A program made the translations under genes and the position numbers. The notes beneath the pieces are model-generated. The model worked only from the letters and a program-made list of their open reading frames with translations. It was not told where the DNA came from and searched no databases. DNA of 64,000 bases from a virus, in the IMG/VR virus record IMGVR_UViG_3300033146_005596, positions 1 through 64,000 of that record. One strand, 5' to 3'. Positions 26,104-36,786 of this stretch are shown here, one piece after another; position 1 is the stretch's first letter, and each line of letters begins with the position of its first letter.

Positions 26104-28728
26104 ATGGATAACTTTATAGAAGGACTAACAGCTAAAGCTCAAAGTGCAGCAAACACAACTCGTGATTTATTTAAAAATATAACTACATCTGCATTACCAA
26201 AGCAGGATTTTGACCTAGATGAAATCTCAGAGTCTTTTTCAAAATCCTTTCAAGATATGCTAAGCAATAATGTAATTACAAAGGTAGTAACTGGTGCAAT
26301 GAGTGAGTCGATGAAAAATATTGGCTTAGCTGAAGGGAGCTTGACCAACCTACTTAATTATTTTGAGCCAGTTCCTTCTGTGACTACTCCCAAAACAAGT
26401 AATATATTAGCATTAGATGGAAAAATATCTCTTCCAACATTGTACCTTGGAAATAAACTTGATGATATTATCAAGGCCCTTGGTATTAAAAGTAGCACAG
26501 TTAGCTTGAGTAAAACTAAGTCTCCCCTTTTACAAACTAAATCTGACAAAGATTTAAAAGCACCAATATCTAAAGGAAAAAGCAGTTTATTAGAAGGGTT
26601 GAACCTATTCAAAAATGTTGCACTGGTGGTTGGTACTTTTGTAGTGTCCGCTTTACTTATTCAATCATTTGGCGTTGGGCTAAGTGCTATCTTGAAAGTC
26701 GGGGTTATTTTTGGGTTAGTAGCTACCATCATAAAAATAGTACCCTTGGTAATGCGTGGAGTAAGCCTGTCTGTATTTTTGGAGTTTGCACTAGCTGCTA
26801 GCTTAATAAGCCTCGGGATTATGGCGATTAGCCTTGTTTCTAGGTTTATGCCAGTAAAAATATTATCTTTAATAAAACAGATTTTAGCCATATCTACCTT
26901 AATATGGATTATTGGAACAGTTATAAACCCTTCTGTTTTAGCTGGTGCTGGTACTTTTGCATTAAGTGGTGCACTAATTGGTTTTGGACTTGTAGGCTTT
27001 AGCTTAGGGCTAAAAGCTATTTCTGGAGTTAAAAATATTCTTAATGTAATTGTTATTTTAACAGTAATAACTGTGTTTATGTATGCTATTGGACCTGGAG
27101 CACTATTAGCTTTACCTGCAGGTATAGGCTTAATGGCTGTTGGTATTGGCCTACTGTCTATGTCCCTAGCACTCGATGCTATTAATAAACTAAGCGGTGA
27201 TAATTTAAAGGAAAACCTTACTACCATTGTGCTATTCACTGCAGCAATAGGACTAGTTGGAATGTTTTTTGGTCTAGGCCTAGTGGCTTCTGGCCTTGGT
27301 ATGCTATTTCTTGGAGTTGGCTTGTTATCTATGTACTATGGCTTAGAAAAGTTTTCAACTTTAAAGCTGGATAATAGCATATTTAATTTATTACTTGTTT
27401 TAGCTGCGTTTATTGGTACCATAGGACTAATTGGAATGGTATTTGGAACAGGGCTAGTAAGCGCTGGACTTGGTATGATATTTATTGGTATTGGTTTATT
27501 ATCTATGGCAAAAGGTCTTGATGCAATAGACAAGGTGTCTGCTTCATCTGGGCTTGTGAAAATATTAGTAACAATGAGCGTATTCCTTGGTGTACTTGCA
27601 GTAGTTGGAACCTTCTTAATTCCTGCAGGTGTTGGCCTAATTCTTGTAGGACTAGGACTTGTATCAATGGCAATGGGCTTTAAGCAAATAAGTAAGTCAA
27701 CAGAAAATATGGAAGACTTGAAATCAATATTAATAGTTATGAGCGTATTTTTATTAGCAATGGCTATAGTTGGTTTATTATCACCTCTAATTGCATTAGC
27801 TGGATATGCTATGATAGTGATTGGATTATCATTTCTAGTTTTTGGTCTGGGACTTTGGAAAATAGCCTCAGTTGGTGAAGAGGGTTTTAATACAATTAAG
27901 AATGGAATTATAGGCATTGGTGAAGCTTTCTTGACTTATGGAAATGGAAAAGTAGCGTTAGGTACCATAGTTTTCTTAGTAGCAGCTGCTTCTTTATGGG
28001 TGCTAGGTAAAGCGATGGAACATTTGCTTACCTTTGACTCAGATAGTATACTTAATTTTATAAATGGATTTAGTACTGCTGTTCTTAAATTTAATGAGCC
28101 TGGAGTTTTAAAAGGAGCACTAGGACTGTTTGGTGCTGGGCTTGGGCTAATCTCAATGAGTAAAGCTATTAAAGATATTGATGGTACTAAGCTTGGAACA
28201 TTTGCTGAAGGCCTAGGAGCTATTGGTGATGCTTTCAAAAAGTTTAGCCTCAGAGATACTTTGTTTGCAGCGATAGGACCTTCAATTTCTGCTGCAGCAA
28301 ATGCTATGAAAATAGCTGCAGATGTTGGTACTTCTGCTCTACCCCAATTCATAAAAGATTTAGCAACTAGTGTTAGCTCTATTACAAACTTTGGCCAGTT
28401 TAAGTCTAGACTTAAAACCGTTTCGAAGGGTATGAAAGACCTTGCAAACAGTATAAAGTACCTAGAAGATAGTGCTGAGTTTTTATCTAAGGGAGACGTT
28501 AGCTTAACAAGTAAACAATCAGCTCAGTTTATAAACTCAAATAAAGACTCAGTGACCGAGCTTAAACTGCTTAATACTAAGCTTGATACAGTAATAGGTA
28601 TTATGAATATAGAAACAGGAAAAGAAGGAGAGATTAGTACTACTGAACAAACTGGTTTTTCAGCAAAGGACATCTCAAGTGGTATGGACTTTGAGGGAAT
28701 GGCCTCAAGTATGCTACCTGATTTTTAG
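26104..28728 (+). CDS. tape measure protein
   Basis: 874 aa, Gly/Ala/Leu-rich hydrophobic repeats (GxGLLSM), lies between chaperone and baseplate genes. Confidence 0.75.
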   Translation: MDNFIEGLTAKAQSAANTTRDLFKNITTSALPKQDFDLDEISESFSKSFQDMLSNNVITKVVTGAMSESMKNIGLAEGSLTNLLNYFEPVPSVTTPKTSNILALDGKISLPTLYLGNKLDDIIKALGIKSSTVSLSKTKSPLLQTKSDKDLKAPISKGKSSLLEGLNLFKNVALVVGTFVVSALLIQSFGVGLSAILKVGVIFGLVATIIKIVPLVMRGVSLSVFLEFALAASLISLGIMAISLVSRFMPVKILSLIKQILAISTLIWIIGTVINPSVLAGAGTFALSGALIGFGLVGFSLGLKAISGVKNILNVIVILTVITVFMYAIGPGALLALPAGIGLMAVGIGLLSMSLALDAINKLSGDNLKENLTTIVLFTAAIGLVGMFFGLGLVASGLGMLFLGVGLLSMYYGLEKFSTLKLDNSIFNLLLVLAAFIGTIGLIGMVFGTGLVSAGLGMIFIGIGLLSMAKGLDAIDKVSASSGLVKILVTMSVFLGVLAVVGTFLIPAGVGLILVGLGLVSMAMGFKQISKSTENMEDLKSILIVMSVFLLAMAIVGLLSPLIALAGYAMIVIGLSFLVFGLGLWKIASVGEEGFNTIKNGIIGIGEAFLTYGNGKVALGTIVFLVAAASLWVLGKAMEHLLTFDSDSILNFINGFSTAVLKFNEPGVLKGALGLFGAGLGLISMSKAIKDIDGTKLGTFAEGLGAIGDAFKKFSLRDTLFAAIGPSISAAANAMKIAADVGTSALPQFIKDLATSVSSITNFGQFKSRLKTVSKGMKDLANSIKYLEDSAEFLSKGDVSLTSKQSAQFINSNKDSVTELKLLNTKLDTVIGIMNIETGKEGEISTTEQTGFSAKDISSGMDFEGMASSMLPDF

Positions 28729-28740
28729 GAGTGAGAACAG

Positions 28741-29580
28741 ATGAATAAATTTATAATTGCAAATGGAACGCCAAAAGTAAGCTCTAGCCGTAGAGTTGTA
28801 ATAGGCCCGGTTGGTTCTGATGATAGTAAACCCCTTTATACTCAGAGTGATATAAACTTCCAAGTGTCTAACGTAATGAAAGACCCTTTAGAAATGATTA
28901 GGGGTGTTATAAAAACTTTTAAAAAAGCTAGCCTCGCACTAAAAGTAGTTGGGTTTGCAGGAGATACAGTGGGTTCTGCTGTGTCTCATAAAAATACTAG
29001 GTTTATGTCCCCATATAATAATACCAAAGTTTGGGTTAGTACTAACCCATTAAAGTTTAGTATTGATTTGGACTTTAATCTAGGAATGTGGGGTATGTGG
29101 GATGCACAAAAAGAAGTTGTTGAACCAATCCAACAGTTGTCTAAGTTTGTAGTACCAGAAATAGAAAAAAATGGATTTCAGGTAACAGGACCAGGGCCTA
29201 GTATGGTAGATATGTTAGTTGCTGTTGTCAAAGGCAGCCAATTAACTGAAGTAGTACAGCACCCTGTGAAAGAAACTAAGGCACTCATAACAGATAAAAA
29301 CAGGCTTAGTGGCTTTATGAAAAACTTTAGCGGGTCAATTACAGATTTTTTTGATAATCAAGAGAATATAACTAAAATTTCAATTCTTAATGGTGGTATT
29401 GTGTTAGATAGTTATATAGACAACTGTACTTACAGCTATGGTGATATTGTGGACGACAATGGGAATCCTGTATCTGGCAAAATAAGACTGAGCTGTAGTA
29501 CTTATAAAATGGCAAATACCAGCTATGTATTTAGGGGATTTGATGAGTCTGGACGGTTACAAGAAGGAGCAACTATATAA
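28741..29580 (+). CDS. baseplate / tube-initiator-like protein
   Basis: position after the tape measure gene; KFSIDLDF and GNPVSGKIRLSC beta-rich motifs. Confidence 0.5.
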   Translation: MNKFIIANGTPKVSSSRRVVIGPVGSDDSKPLYTQSDINFQVSNVMKDPLEMIRGVIKTFKKASLALKVVGFAGDTVGSAVSHKNTRFMSPYNNTKVWVSTNPLKFSIDLDFNLGMWGMWDAQKEVVEPIQQLSKFVVPEIEKNGFQVTGPGPSMVDMLVAVVKGSQLTEVVQHPVKETKALITDKNRLSGFMKNFSGSITDFFDNQENITKISILNGGIVLDSYIDNCTYSYGDIVDDNGNPVSGKIRLSCSTYKMANTSYVFRGFDESGRLQEGATI

Positions 29581-29891
29581 TGAAAAATAGATACGATTTA
29601 TACTCTAACTCTATTGTTAAAGACATTGATGGAGAAGATTGGCCCGACCCTCTATCAATAGACTATGACAAGTTCGAGATTACCAACCCAGCTGTATACA
29701 CAAAAATAACGTTTTCAGGTAGAAAGAGGTTTTGGTTATTTGTTTACAACTATTATAAAACAAGTGATTTCTTTGATATTATTCTATCACTTAACAATAT
29801 AGAGTTTACTGAAGATATAACCGAGATTACTGGTGTGTTTCTTCCTGATTATGATGATTTGCTAAACTTTGTAAATAATCAGGGCAACTAA
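29580..29891 (+). CDS. gp53/LysM-like baseplate wedge protein
   Basis: YNYYKTSDFFDIILSLNNI...VFLPD. Confidence 0.65.
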   Translation: MKNRYDLYSNSIVKDIDGEDWPDPLSIDYDKFEITNPAVYTKITFSGRKRFWLFVYNYYKTSDFFDIILSLNNIEFTEDITEITGVFLPDYDDLLNFVNNQGN

Positions 29892-29897
29892 TTAAGT

Positions 29898-31085
29898 ATG
29901 GATATAACAGTAATTTTGAATAAAGGCATGGAGATAGCCTCCCCTTTAATTCATAAGATAAAATTCAAAAATAGTATAGACTCACTACTTTCTAGCGGTT
30001 ATATAATAGTTAATGATTCAGGAAATAACTTTATAAACTCCGGAAATTTAGTTATTGGGACTCAAGTGGATATTCTTTTTCGAGAAGAAGCTGGTGATGC
30101 CATCTTTAAAACTATTAGCTTTAAGGTATCTGGGGTTAGACGAGCTGGACCAAGTGATGAGACCTCCGACTATAATTTAGGGGGCTTTATACAAATATTT
30201 TTTATATCAAGCTTGTACTTCATATCTAAAGAAAACAAGTGCCATAGAGGCTCAGCAACAGAACTTGTTAGAAAGCTAGCTAGTTATGATGGTACGATAG
30301 GACTAGACGAAATAGAAGACTCTGATGATAAAAACTCGGATACTAAACGTTACCAATTAAAATCCAACTATTATAAGTTCTTATTGAATGATGTATTACC
30401 GTTTGCTACAATAAAACAGGACCCTTCTTATTGCTATTTAGATATAAATAATAGACTGAATTTTATTTCGCAAAAGACTTTATTTAGTAAGCCTGTGAAA
30501 AAGACAATAATAAGTGCAGGCTCAAATTTAGATGCTGGTGGCGCCTTGCACTTTGAAAGTGGGGAGTGGTATATTGGACATGGCCTAAACAGTTTATTTG
30601 CTAGTTTGAACTCTGTCAATTTAATAGTTGATAGTGAAACAAGGCAAGTTGAAGGAAATACAGATAATGTTTCAAAGATACAAGCCTCAGACTATTTTTT
30701 TGTAGATAAAAGTTTGATGAGTAATATTGGTACCACCTACTTTGGGCACCTAGACTCAAACTTTTTAAAAAAAGACCTTATTGCCTATAATAAAAATGCT
30801 AAAAAAGAAAGAAACAACTTTTTTGAAATAAGTTTAATAGGTGTTGCAGACTTTGAAATAGAAGCCGGTAATGTTATTAGCCTAGTTATAGAAAATACGT
30901 CTAATAAGGAGTTAGCTATAGGCCATGTTCTCTCTGGACGATATGTAGTAAAAAGTATAGAATATGAGGTATCAACTCAAGGTATTACTCTAATGGAAAT
31001 TCAGCTGGTTCGACCATCCATAGATGAGGCAACTGTTAAATCCCTTGGACTAAGTGTGGATAACCTGTATAAAGGAGTTAACTAA
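29898..31085 (+). CDS. baseplate hub (gp27-like)
   Basis: SGYIIVNDSGN, IEAGNVISL, LSGRYVVKSIEY. Confidence 0.65.
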   Translation: MDITVILNKGMEIASPLIHKIKFKNSIDSLLSSGYIIVNDSGNNFINSGNLVIGTQVDILFREEAGDAIFKTISFKVSGVRRAGPSDETSDYNLGGFIQIFFISSLYFISKENKCHRGSATELVRKLASYDGTIGLDEIEDSDDKNSDTKRYQLKSNYYKFLLNDVLPFATIKQDPSYCYLDINNRLNFISQKTLFSKPVKKTIISAGSNLDAGGALHFESGEWYIGHGLNSLFASLNSVNLIVDSETRQVEGNTDNVSKIQASDYFFVDKSLMSNIGTTYFGHLDSNFLKKDLIAYNKNAKKERNNFFEISLIGVADFEIEAGNVISLVIENTSNKELAIGHVLSGRYVVKSIEYEVSTQGITLMEIQLVRPSIDEATVKSLGLSVDNLYKGVN

Positions 31086-31087
31086 AA

Positions 31088-31732
31088 ATGATTGACAAAA
31101 GTCTAAAGTTTTATTTGGCTCAAGTTGTATCTAATGATAGCTTGAACAAAGGAAAAATAAAAGTTAGAATACTACCACACCTTATTGAGATTGATGATAA
31201 TGATTTACCTGAATTCCCACCTTTTTCTGATGATACTCTGCCCAACTGCATACCAGGTGAGTACGTCTGGGTTATTGCTAATGAGAAATTTACATTTGGA
31301 TTTATTTTTGGAAATGCTTCAGTATATACTGAAGATGAAATGATAGACTATACTAAATTGGTTGATGATTTTGCTACAGTAGTTCTAGATAATGGTGGAG
31401 AGTATATTGCTGCGAAATACTTAAAAATTGTGCATATAAGTAGTCACACTCTAATGTATGTTAATGTTGAGTCTGGGCAATCAGGGATTATAAACATAAA
31501 CGGTCCACATCTTAGCTTGTCCAAAGATAAAGCTATGCTTGGTAATAAAGAATCTAAGATTATTCTTACTGAGGAGGAGGTTTTACTTCAAGGTAAAGTA
31601 ATTAGACTTGCAGGTCAAGTCAGACTTGGTGCAGGTAACTCAGGTTTAGTTGTTAGTACTTCGCTAGGAACAGTTTTAAATATTGGAGAGGAAGGCACAA
31701 AAGCCTATGTCTCAAAGGATATACTAGTATAA
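31088..31732 (+). CDS. baseplate spike (gp5/VgrG OB-fold)
   Basis: AQVVSNDSLNKGKIKVRI...PGEYVWV...FIFG. Confidence 0.7.
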   Translation: MIDKSLKFYLAQVVSNDSLNKGKIKVRILPHLIEIDDNDLPEFPPFSDDTLPNCIPGEYVWVIANEKFTFGFIFGNASVYTEDEMIDYTKLVDDFATVVLDNGGEYIAAKYLKIVHISSHTLMYVNVESGQSGIININGPHLSLSKDKAMLGNKESKIILTEEEVLLQGKVIRLAGQVRLGAGNSGLVVSTSLGTVLNIGEEGTKAYVSKDILV

Positions 31733-33258
31733 TGGATTATTTAGAAAATATTGGTGATTTAGTTCTAAGCCAAGCATTAAAAAATATTGAAGAATTATCA
31801 TTGGAAGAGCAACAAGCTATTAAGGATAAAATAAACTCACCTAATTTTCAAGAGTACGTTTCAGTTTTGAATAGCCAGTCTGACAAAATAAATTATATGT
31901 ACTCATACGGAAGTTTAGATGATATAAATGAATTCATTGGAGATTTATCTAGTAAGTTCATCAAAATGAATAATCCAGAATTAATTAAAGAAATAACCGA
32001 TTTAAAAATAGTTGCCACGTCTAAAGCAACAGATATAGTTAGAGAAGGGGAAAATATTTTAGATAGCTTAGCTAGCTATTTTAAAGATGGTACCTCACTG
32101 ATAAGCAATAGCTATATGCAGAAAATAACTAATTTGGTTGATATTGGTGGAATAAACAAAAGTATTAGCCAAGTTGGAGATATTAAAAATGCAATTGACA
32201 AGGGCGAAACAGGTGAAGCTGGAAAACTAATTGCATCAAACATTTTAGAAGATACGGACCTTATTGTAGCAGGTGTAAAAGAGTTTGAGGCTATAGCTAC
32301 TAATGTTGAAAAGTCGTTATCAAGGCTAGGACTTAACCTTACACCAGCCCTTGCTGAGAAGAAAATTGTTGATATGTCAAATAATTTTATAGAGGCTAAA
32401 GCTAAGGCCCTTGGGGATAATGTTACTGAGCAGTTAGAAGACCTTGGAGCTAAAGGCTTTGATTTATTAAAAGAGTCCATCAAAGAATCGTTTAGTCCAG
32501 AGCTGATGGAAAAGTTTGATAGGCTTGGAGAATACACTGATGCTCTAAACTTAAAAAAAGTAAAGATTAGCTATTTAATGAATGTAGCAGCAAGAGAAAA
32601 CTCTCTAAGTTTTGAGGACTTTGTTAATTATTTTATAAAAGCAGCACCTAAGTTTAATGAAAAAATATTGGATATTGCAAAACTTGTAGGAGAAGAAGCT
32701 AAACTAGATGGGCCAGATAAAGACTCAGAAAGGAAAATAAAGTCTCTAAGCGCTACAGTTGATGCCCTAAAAATTACAGGAACTACTATACTAGTAATTG
32801 CTAATATTATGAAAATAGTGTTATTAACTATGAAAATAATAAAAATAGTAGCTACTGTTCTTAAGCAGCTTGGGCTTGCAAAGGAGATAGGTGCTTGTGT
32901 TTTTAATCCAGCAAATATCCCAGCTCTTGCTGGTAAAATTGCAAAGGAAATATTGAACTATTTAACAAATTATTTAGAAGACTTTTTGAAAAAGATACCT
33001 GAGTTCTTATTAAGCATTAAAGTTCCAGTACCAGAAACAATGGTAGAGCTTATGCTTATGAACACTAGAAAGGGTGCCCTACCCTCTAACCAAAAAATAC
33101 TAGACGCTTTTGATAAAAAGAAAGTACAAGAAAAGTTTAATTCAAGTGCACTAGTTAAGCAGCTAGAAAAGGATAAAGATTGGAATAATTCCCGTGATGA
33201 TTTTTCAATTGATTGGAGTGATATGGAAGGAAATGAAGAGTTTGAGGCAAAAAGCTAA
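31732..33258 (+). CDS. hypothetical structural protein, helical
   Basis: 508 aa, coupled in the baseplate operon. Confidence 0.6.
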   Translation: MDYLENIGDLVLSQALKNIEELSLEEQQAIKDKINSPNFQEYVSVLNSQSDKINYMYSYGSLDDINEFIGDLSSKFIKMNNPELIKEITDLKIVATSKATDIVREGENILDSLASYFKDGTSLISNSYMQKITNLVDIGGINKSISQVGDIKNAIDKGETGEAGKLIASNILEDTDLIVAGVKEFEAIATNVEKSLSRLGLNLTPALAEKKIVDMSNNFIEAKAKALGDNVTEQLEDLGAKGFDLLKESIKESFSPELMEKFDRLGEYTDALNLKKVKISYLMNVAARENSLSFEDFVNYFIKAAPKFNEKILDIAKLVGEEAKLDGPDKDSERKIKSLSATVDALKITGTTILVIANIMKIVLLTMKIIKIVATVLKQLGLAKEIGACVFNPANIPALAGKIAKEILNYLTNYLEDFLKKIPEFLLSIKVPVPETMVELMLMNTRKGALPSNQKILDAFDKKKVQEKFNSSALVKQLEKDKDWNNSRDDFSIDWSDMEGNEEFEAKS

Positions 33259-35192
33259 TGAATAATAAAGACCTTATAAAAACATTTGAGAATGTTTTGG
33301 ACAATAGAGATAATAGTGATAAAAGCAGAACAGCTATTAGTACCGCTTTAAAAAATATTATAGAATATTTATATCAAGATAAAGTAAACTATTTAAAATA
33401 TAAAGGGTTAAATACTGCTATAAATAACCTACAGGATATATTGTCAGTACAATATGATGAAAAACGGTCGTATTTAAATGAAATGTCGTTATTTGAGTAT
33501 GAAGTAGTAAGATATGAGCTAAACGATAGTGGGGAAGAAATTGAAGACCCAGCTCACCAGACTACAGTTAACTTTTTACCAGATGAAGCACCCAAAGATA
33601 TATTGAAGTGGCTGGACTTAAAATGTAGTATAGACAATGGTACCACATGGAAAACCAACTGGGACTATATGACTCTGAGGCTTGGTAGTAAAATATCATT
33701 TGAGCTGAATCCTAGTGATGAGATAGTTAATGTCAATAGCTATATATCAGCAAGTAGTAGTAATTTTTTAAATTTTGCTACATTCAAATCACCTGGATAT
33801 TGGGAGCATACATATAAGTCTGTTAAGAAAGATACTGATGACCCTCTTCCTGTATCAGCTGATTCATTAAAATCTTGGTACCCGTCTACTTTGAACGGAT
33901 ATATATATACTAGTATTGAAAAGAAACTTTTAACAAAGTATGATAGAGAAGAAAGAGAACAACATAAAGCTGAAAAAAGCGGAACATTAGCTCTTAATGA
34001 AGATACAGATGCAAAGCATACCTTTTTATTATTAACATTATTACTCAATGGTCTGCAATCAAGCTTAACTGTTGAAAGCTACACTGCAATAAGTGATGGG
34101 GATAACATTATTTCTGGTCTAAGCTTCCAAGATGAGTATATTGGGGTAATAGAAAAAGTATTACCTACATCAGAATACTATCTAGTTAGAAAAAATAGTA
34201 CTACTTATGAATATGTTTCTATGGGTGCTACCTCATGGAGTGCAGCAAATGCCCCAACCATATTGGACGGAGACGAGTTCAAACTCCACTATAGCCTACC
34301 AGTATATACTGAAGTTGGTGCTGCCTTTGAAAATCCTTTTAACCAGTTTTATAAGACTAAGCTAGAGAGCTTAAACTTTATAGAGTATGCAAATCTCCCT
34401 AGTTATTATCAGAGTAGAGAACCATCTGCGGAAACAAACTGGCTAGCATTAAAAAATACTAGTACTGGAAAATTTGAGATTAGTTTTAATACCTTATCTG
34501 CAGTTAGGAGTACTCAGCCAAACTTTATGAGCTATACTCAAATAGACAGTGTTTTAGGCTACATAAAATCTCAGGAAAAAGATAAACTATCAGACAACAT
34601 AGATGGTTCAGGTATGTACAAAAAAAGATTTGAACTTCTTTATTTACGATTGCACAAAACAGATGGGCTATACGCTAAAGCTGTAGCGGCTGAGATTGGG
34701 AAATACTCCATGACTTCTATGAACAACTTTTCTGAAGACTCTGACAGCATTTCCAAGCAGTATGAAACAGCCGTTAAACTATTTGATTATAGAGTGGATA
34801 ATAAAAAAGATACTTTTTTACTTGAGATGCTTGACTATGAAAAGTATTTAGACCCTAGTCTACCTCCAGAGGTACCAAAGTTTGTTGCTGGTAATAAATT
34901 TTATTTAATATATACTGATATATCTATGACCAAAAAAATAAAAGAGTTTTCTTTTTCAGACCTGATAATAAATACTAATATAGTATATGATACTCATGTT
35001 ATGGATATGAATTATAAAGAAAAGACCTATATTGATGGTATCATGGTACCAAATATGCGGCCTGCAAAATGCTATAGCTTAAAGCTCTTAGAGAATACTG
35101 AAGAAATTGCTCAAGACGAAGATGCAATTTTTGGTATTTTAGTTCCAGAGTCTAGTAGCTCTATTGTCGTACCGCCTAACCCTTGGGCATAA
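33258..35192 (+). CDS. hypothetical structural protein
   Basis: 644 aa, coupled in the baseplate operon. Confidence 0.6.
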   Translation: MNNKDLIKTFENVLDNRDNSDKSRTAISTALKNIIEYLYQDKVNYLKYKGLNTAINNLQDILSVQYDEKRSYLNEMSLFEYEVVRYELNDSGEEIEDPAHQTTVNFLPDEAPKDILKWLDLKCSIDNGTTWKTNWDYMTLRLGSKISFELNPSDEIVNVNSYISASSSNFLNFATFKSPGYWEHTYKSVKKDTDDPLPVSADSLKSWYPSTLNGYIYTSIEKKLLTKYDREEREQHKAEKSGTLALNEDTDAKHTFLLLTLLLNGLQSSLTVESYTAISDGDNIISGLSFQDEYIGVIEKVLPTSEYYLVRKNSTTYEYVSMGATSWSAANAPTILDGDEFKLHYSLPVYTEVGAAFENPFNQFYKTKLESLNFIEYANLPSYYQSREPSAETNWLALKNTSTGKFEISFNTLSAVRSTQPNFMSYTQIDSVLGYIKSQEKDKLSDNIDGSGMYKKRFELLYLRLHKTDGLYAKAVAAEIGKYSMTSMNNFSEDSDSISKQYETAVKLFDYRVDNKKDTFLLEMLDYEKYLDPSLPPEVPKFVAGNKFYLIYTDISMTKKIKEFSFSDLIINTNIVYDTHVMDMNYKEKTYIDGIMVPNMRPAKCYSLKLLENTEEIAQDEDAIFGILVPESSSSIVVPPNPWA

Positions 35193-35445
35193 AAAATGTC
35201 AGCTAAACAAGGTAGAATAGCTGACATAAAATAGTTGAGCTAGCAATTGGATTGTTAGCTTTGTAAGGAGCATCATTCCAGCTCACTATTTTTAAAAAGT
35301 TCTTTTAGAATGCTACTTGTCATCTAATTTAAACAAATAAGCATACCTACTTTGCCAATATTATTATAGAATTCAATAAAAGGCCTATTACTCTCAAAGT
35401 TTTCAACTCTTGCATTTGATTTTCAAGAGGTTGAAATAGCATAAA

Positions 35446-36786
35446 TTACTCTTTTGGAATTATAAAAGATTTAACATTTTTTCCAACGATTTCTGGTAAT
35501 TTTTGAGTGCAAACTACTAATGCTTGTTTTTTATGATTTGAAAAATTCAGAGTATCAACATAACCATCAGATAGTAAGATGGTAGGATTCTTACTAAACT
35601 TTTCATTTACTAAATCAATGGCTGGTTGTAGGTTAGTACCTCCGCAGCCTTTCTGAGTTAATTTCTGAAGCTCTTTATAAGACTTAATAGTTTTTACTAA
35701 GTTTATATTAGAATCAATCATAATTAAGTTTATAGTAACCTCTTGTTTAAACAATATTCCTAAGACCTTCTCAAAATCTGAGTTCTTGCTAGAAAAAGCT
35801 CCACTCATTGAACCACTGCTGTCTACAATAGCGTTAATCATGTTACCTTCTTTTCTACGCCCCTTGAGCATAGGATTTCGTCTGTTATATCTTGCATAAG
35901 TACCAACCTGATGAGTACCTAAAAGTCCAGAAGCAGCTAATTTTATTTTTTTCAAGTAGTTCGTTTTAGTCTTATAAAGAGTATTTATAAGCTTTTCACT
36001 ATTTCCACTCAAAATACCTTTTAGTCTAGCTTCGTTTATTACTGACTTAACAAACTCTTCTTGAAAAGCTTCAGGAACTGTTGACTCAATATGCTCGTCA
36101 AAAGACTTAGGACTTTGCTTGGTACTACTACCATTTACCTTGCTACCTTTTTGGTCAGAGTCATTTCCAGACTGCCCTTCCTGGCTCTCATTACCTGAGC
36201 CCGAGCTAGAGCCCTTGCCAGAGCCCGAGCTAGAGCCCTTGCCAGAGCCCGAGCTAGAGCCCTTGCCAGAGCCCTTGCCATCTTTTGATGAAGAGCCTTT
36301 TCCTTTTTTTTCATCTTGAGAATTTTCTTCATTCCATTTATAAAGAGCCTCCAAGATTTCTAGTCCGTTATAATCTTTTGGAATTTCATAGATACTTTCT
36401 GAAGGTTTTTTTGTTTTATGAGAATAATCATTGATAATTGTAGTATTTATAATCATATCAGCAGCGATATTAGCTTTTTCATGGTCAAAGCCCATTCTAT
36501 TAGCCCTTGATATATGATTTGATATTAAATGCATCATCTCGTGAATAATTAAAAAGTTTACTTGCTCATCGTCTAAGCTATTAACAAACTCAGGATTATA
36601 AATAAATTGAGGGCCTTTCGGAGTAAAACATACTCCAGCAGTTTCAATTGACTTTGTACTTTGAAAGGTACATCTTATTAAAAATTCATAGAGAAAGGAA
36701 TTGTTTATAACTAGGAATTGCGCCGATTTTTCTAATTTTTCATTCCTTATAAAGTTTATAGGTATTATAGATTCATATTTAACCAT
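35446..36786 (-). CDS. metallopeptidase-vWA (DUF2201-like) protein, probable MoxR partner (start MVKYES)
   Basis: TAGV, HEMMH, NIAADMIIN, DEH, MIDAS DSSGS, GGTNLQP, SDG; SD AAGGAG and class I promoter at 36804-36837. Confidence 0.85.
   Translation of the reverse strand: MVKYESIIPINFIRNEKLEKSAQFLVINNSFLYEFLIRCTFQSTKSIETAGVCFTPKGPQFIYNPEFVNSLDDEQVNFLIIHEMMHLISNHISRANRMGFDHEKANIAADMIINTTIINDYSHKTKKPSESIYEIPKDYNGLEILEALYKWNEENSQDEKKGKGSSSKDGKGSGKGSSSGSGKGSSSGSGKGSSSGSGNESQEGQSGNDSDQKGSKVNGSSTKQSPKSFDEHIESTVPEAFQEEFVKSVINEARLKGILSGNSEKLINTLYKTKTNYLKKIKLAASGLLGTHQVGTYARYNRRNPMLKGRRKEGNMINAIVDSSGSMSGAFSSKNSDFEKVLGILFKQEVTINLIMIDSNINLVKTIKSYKELQKLTQKGCGGTNLQPAIDLVNEKFSKNPTILLSDGYVDTLNFSNHKKQALVVCTQKLPEIVGKNVKSFIIPKE
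36197..36279 (-). repeat. 24-bp tandem repeat encoding an (SSSGSGKG)n linker
   Basis: GAGCCCGAGCTAGAGCCCTTGCCA x3 plus a partial copy. Confidence 0.9.

Noticed and set aside
26358-28352. Long antisense ORFs over the tape measure gene, and similar shadow ORFs elsewhere
   Set aside because: No SD or promoter; explained by codon bias of the sense gene
36119-36332. ARALARAL and PEPELE repeat ORFs
   Set aside because: Alternative-frame shadows of the 24-bp Ser/Gly linker repeat
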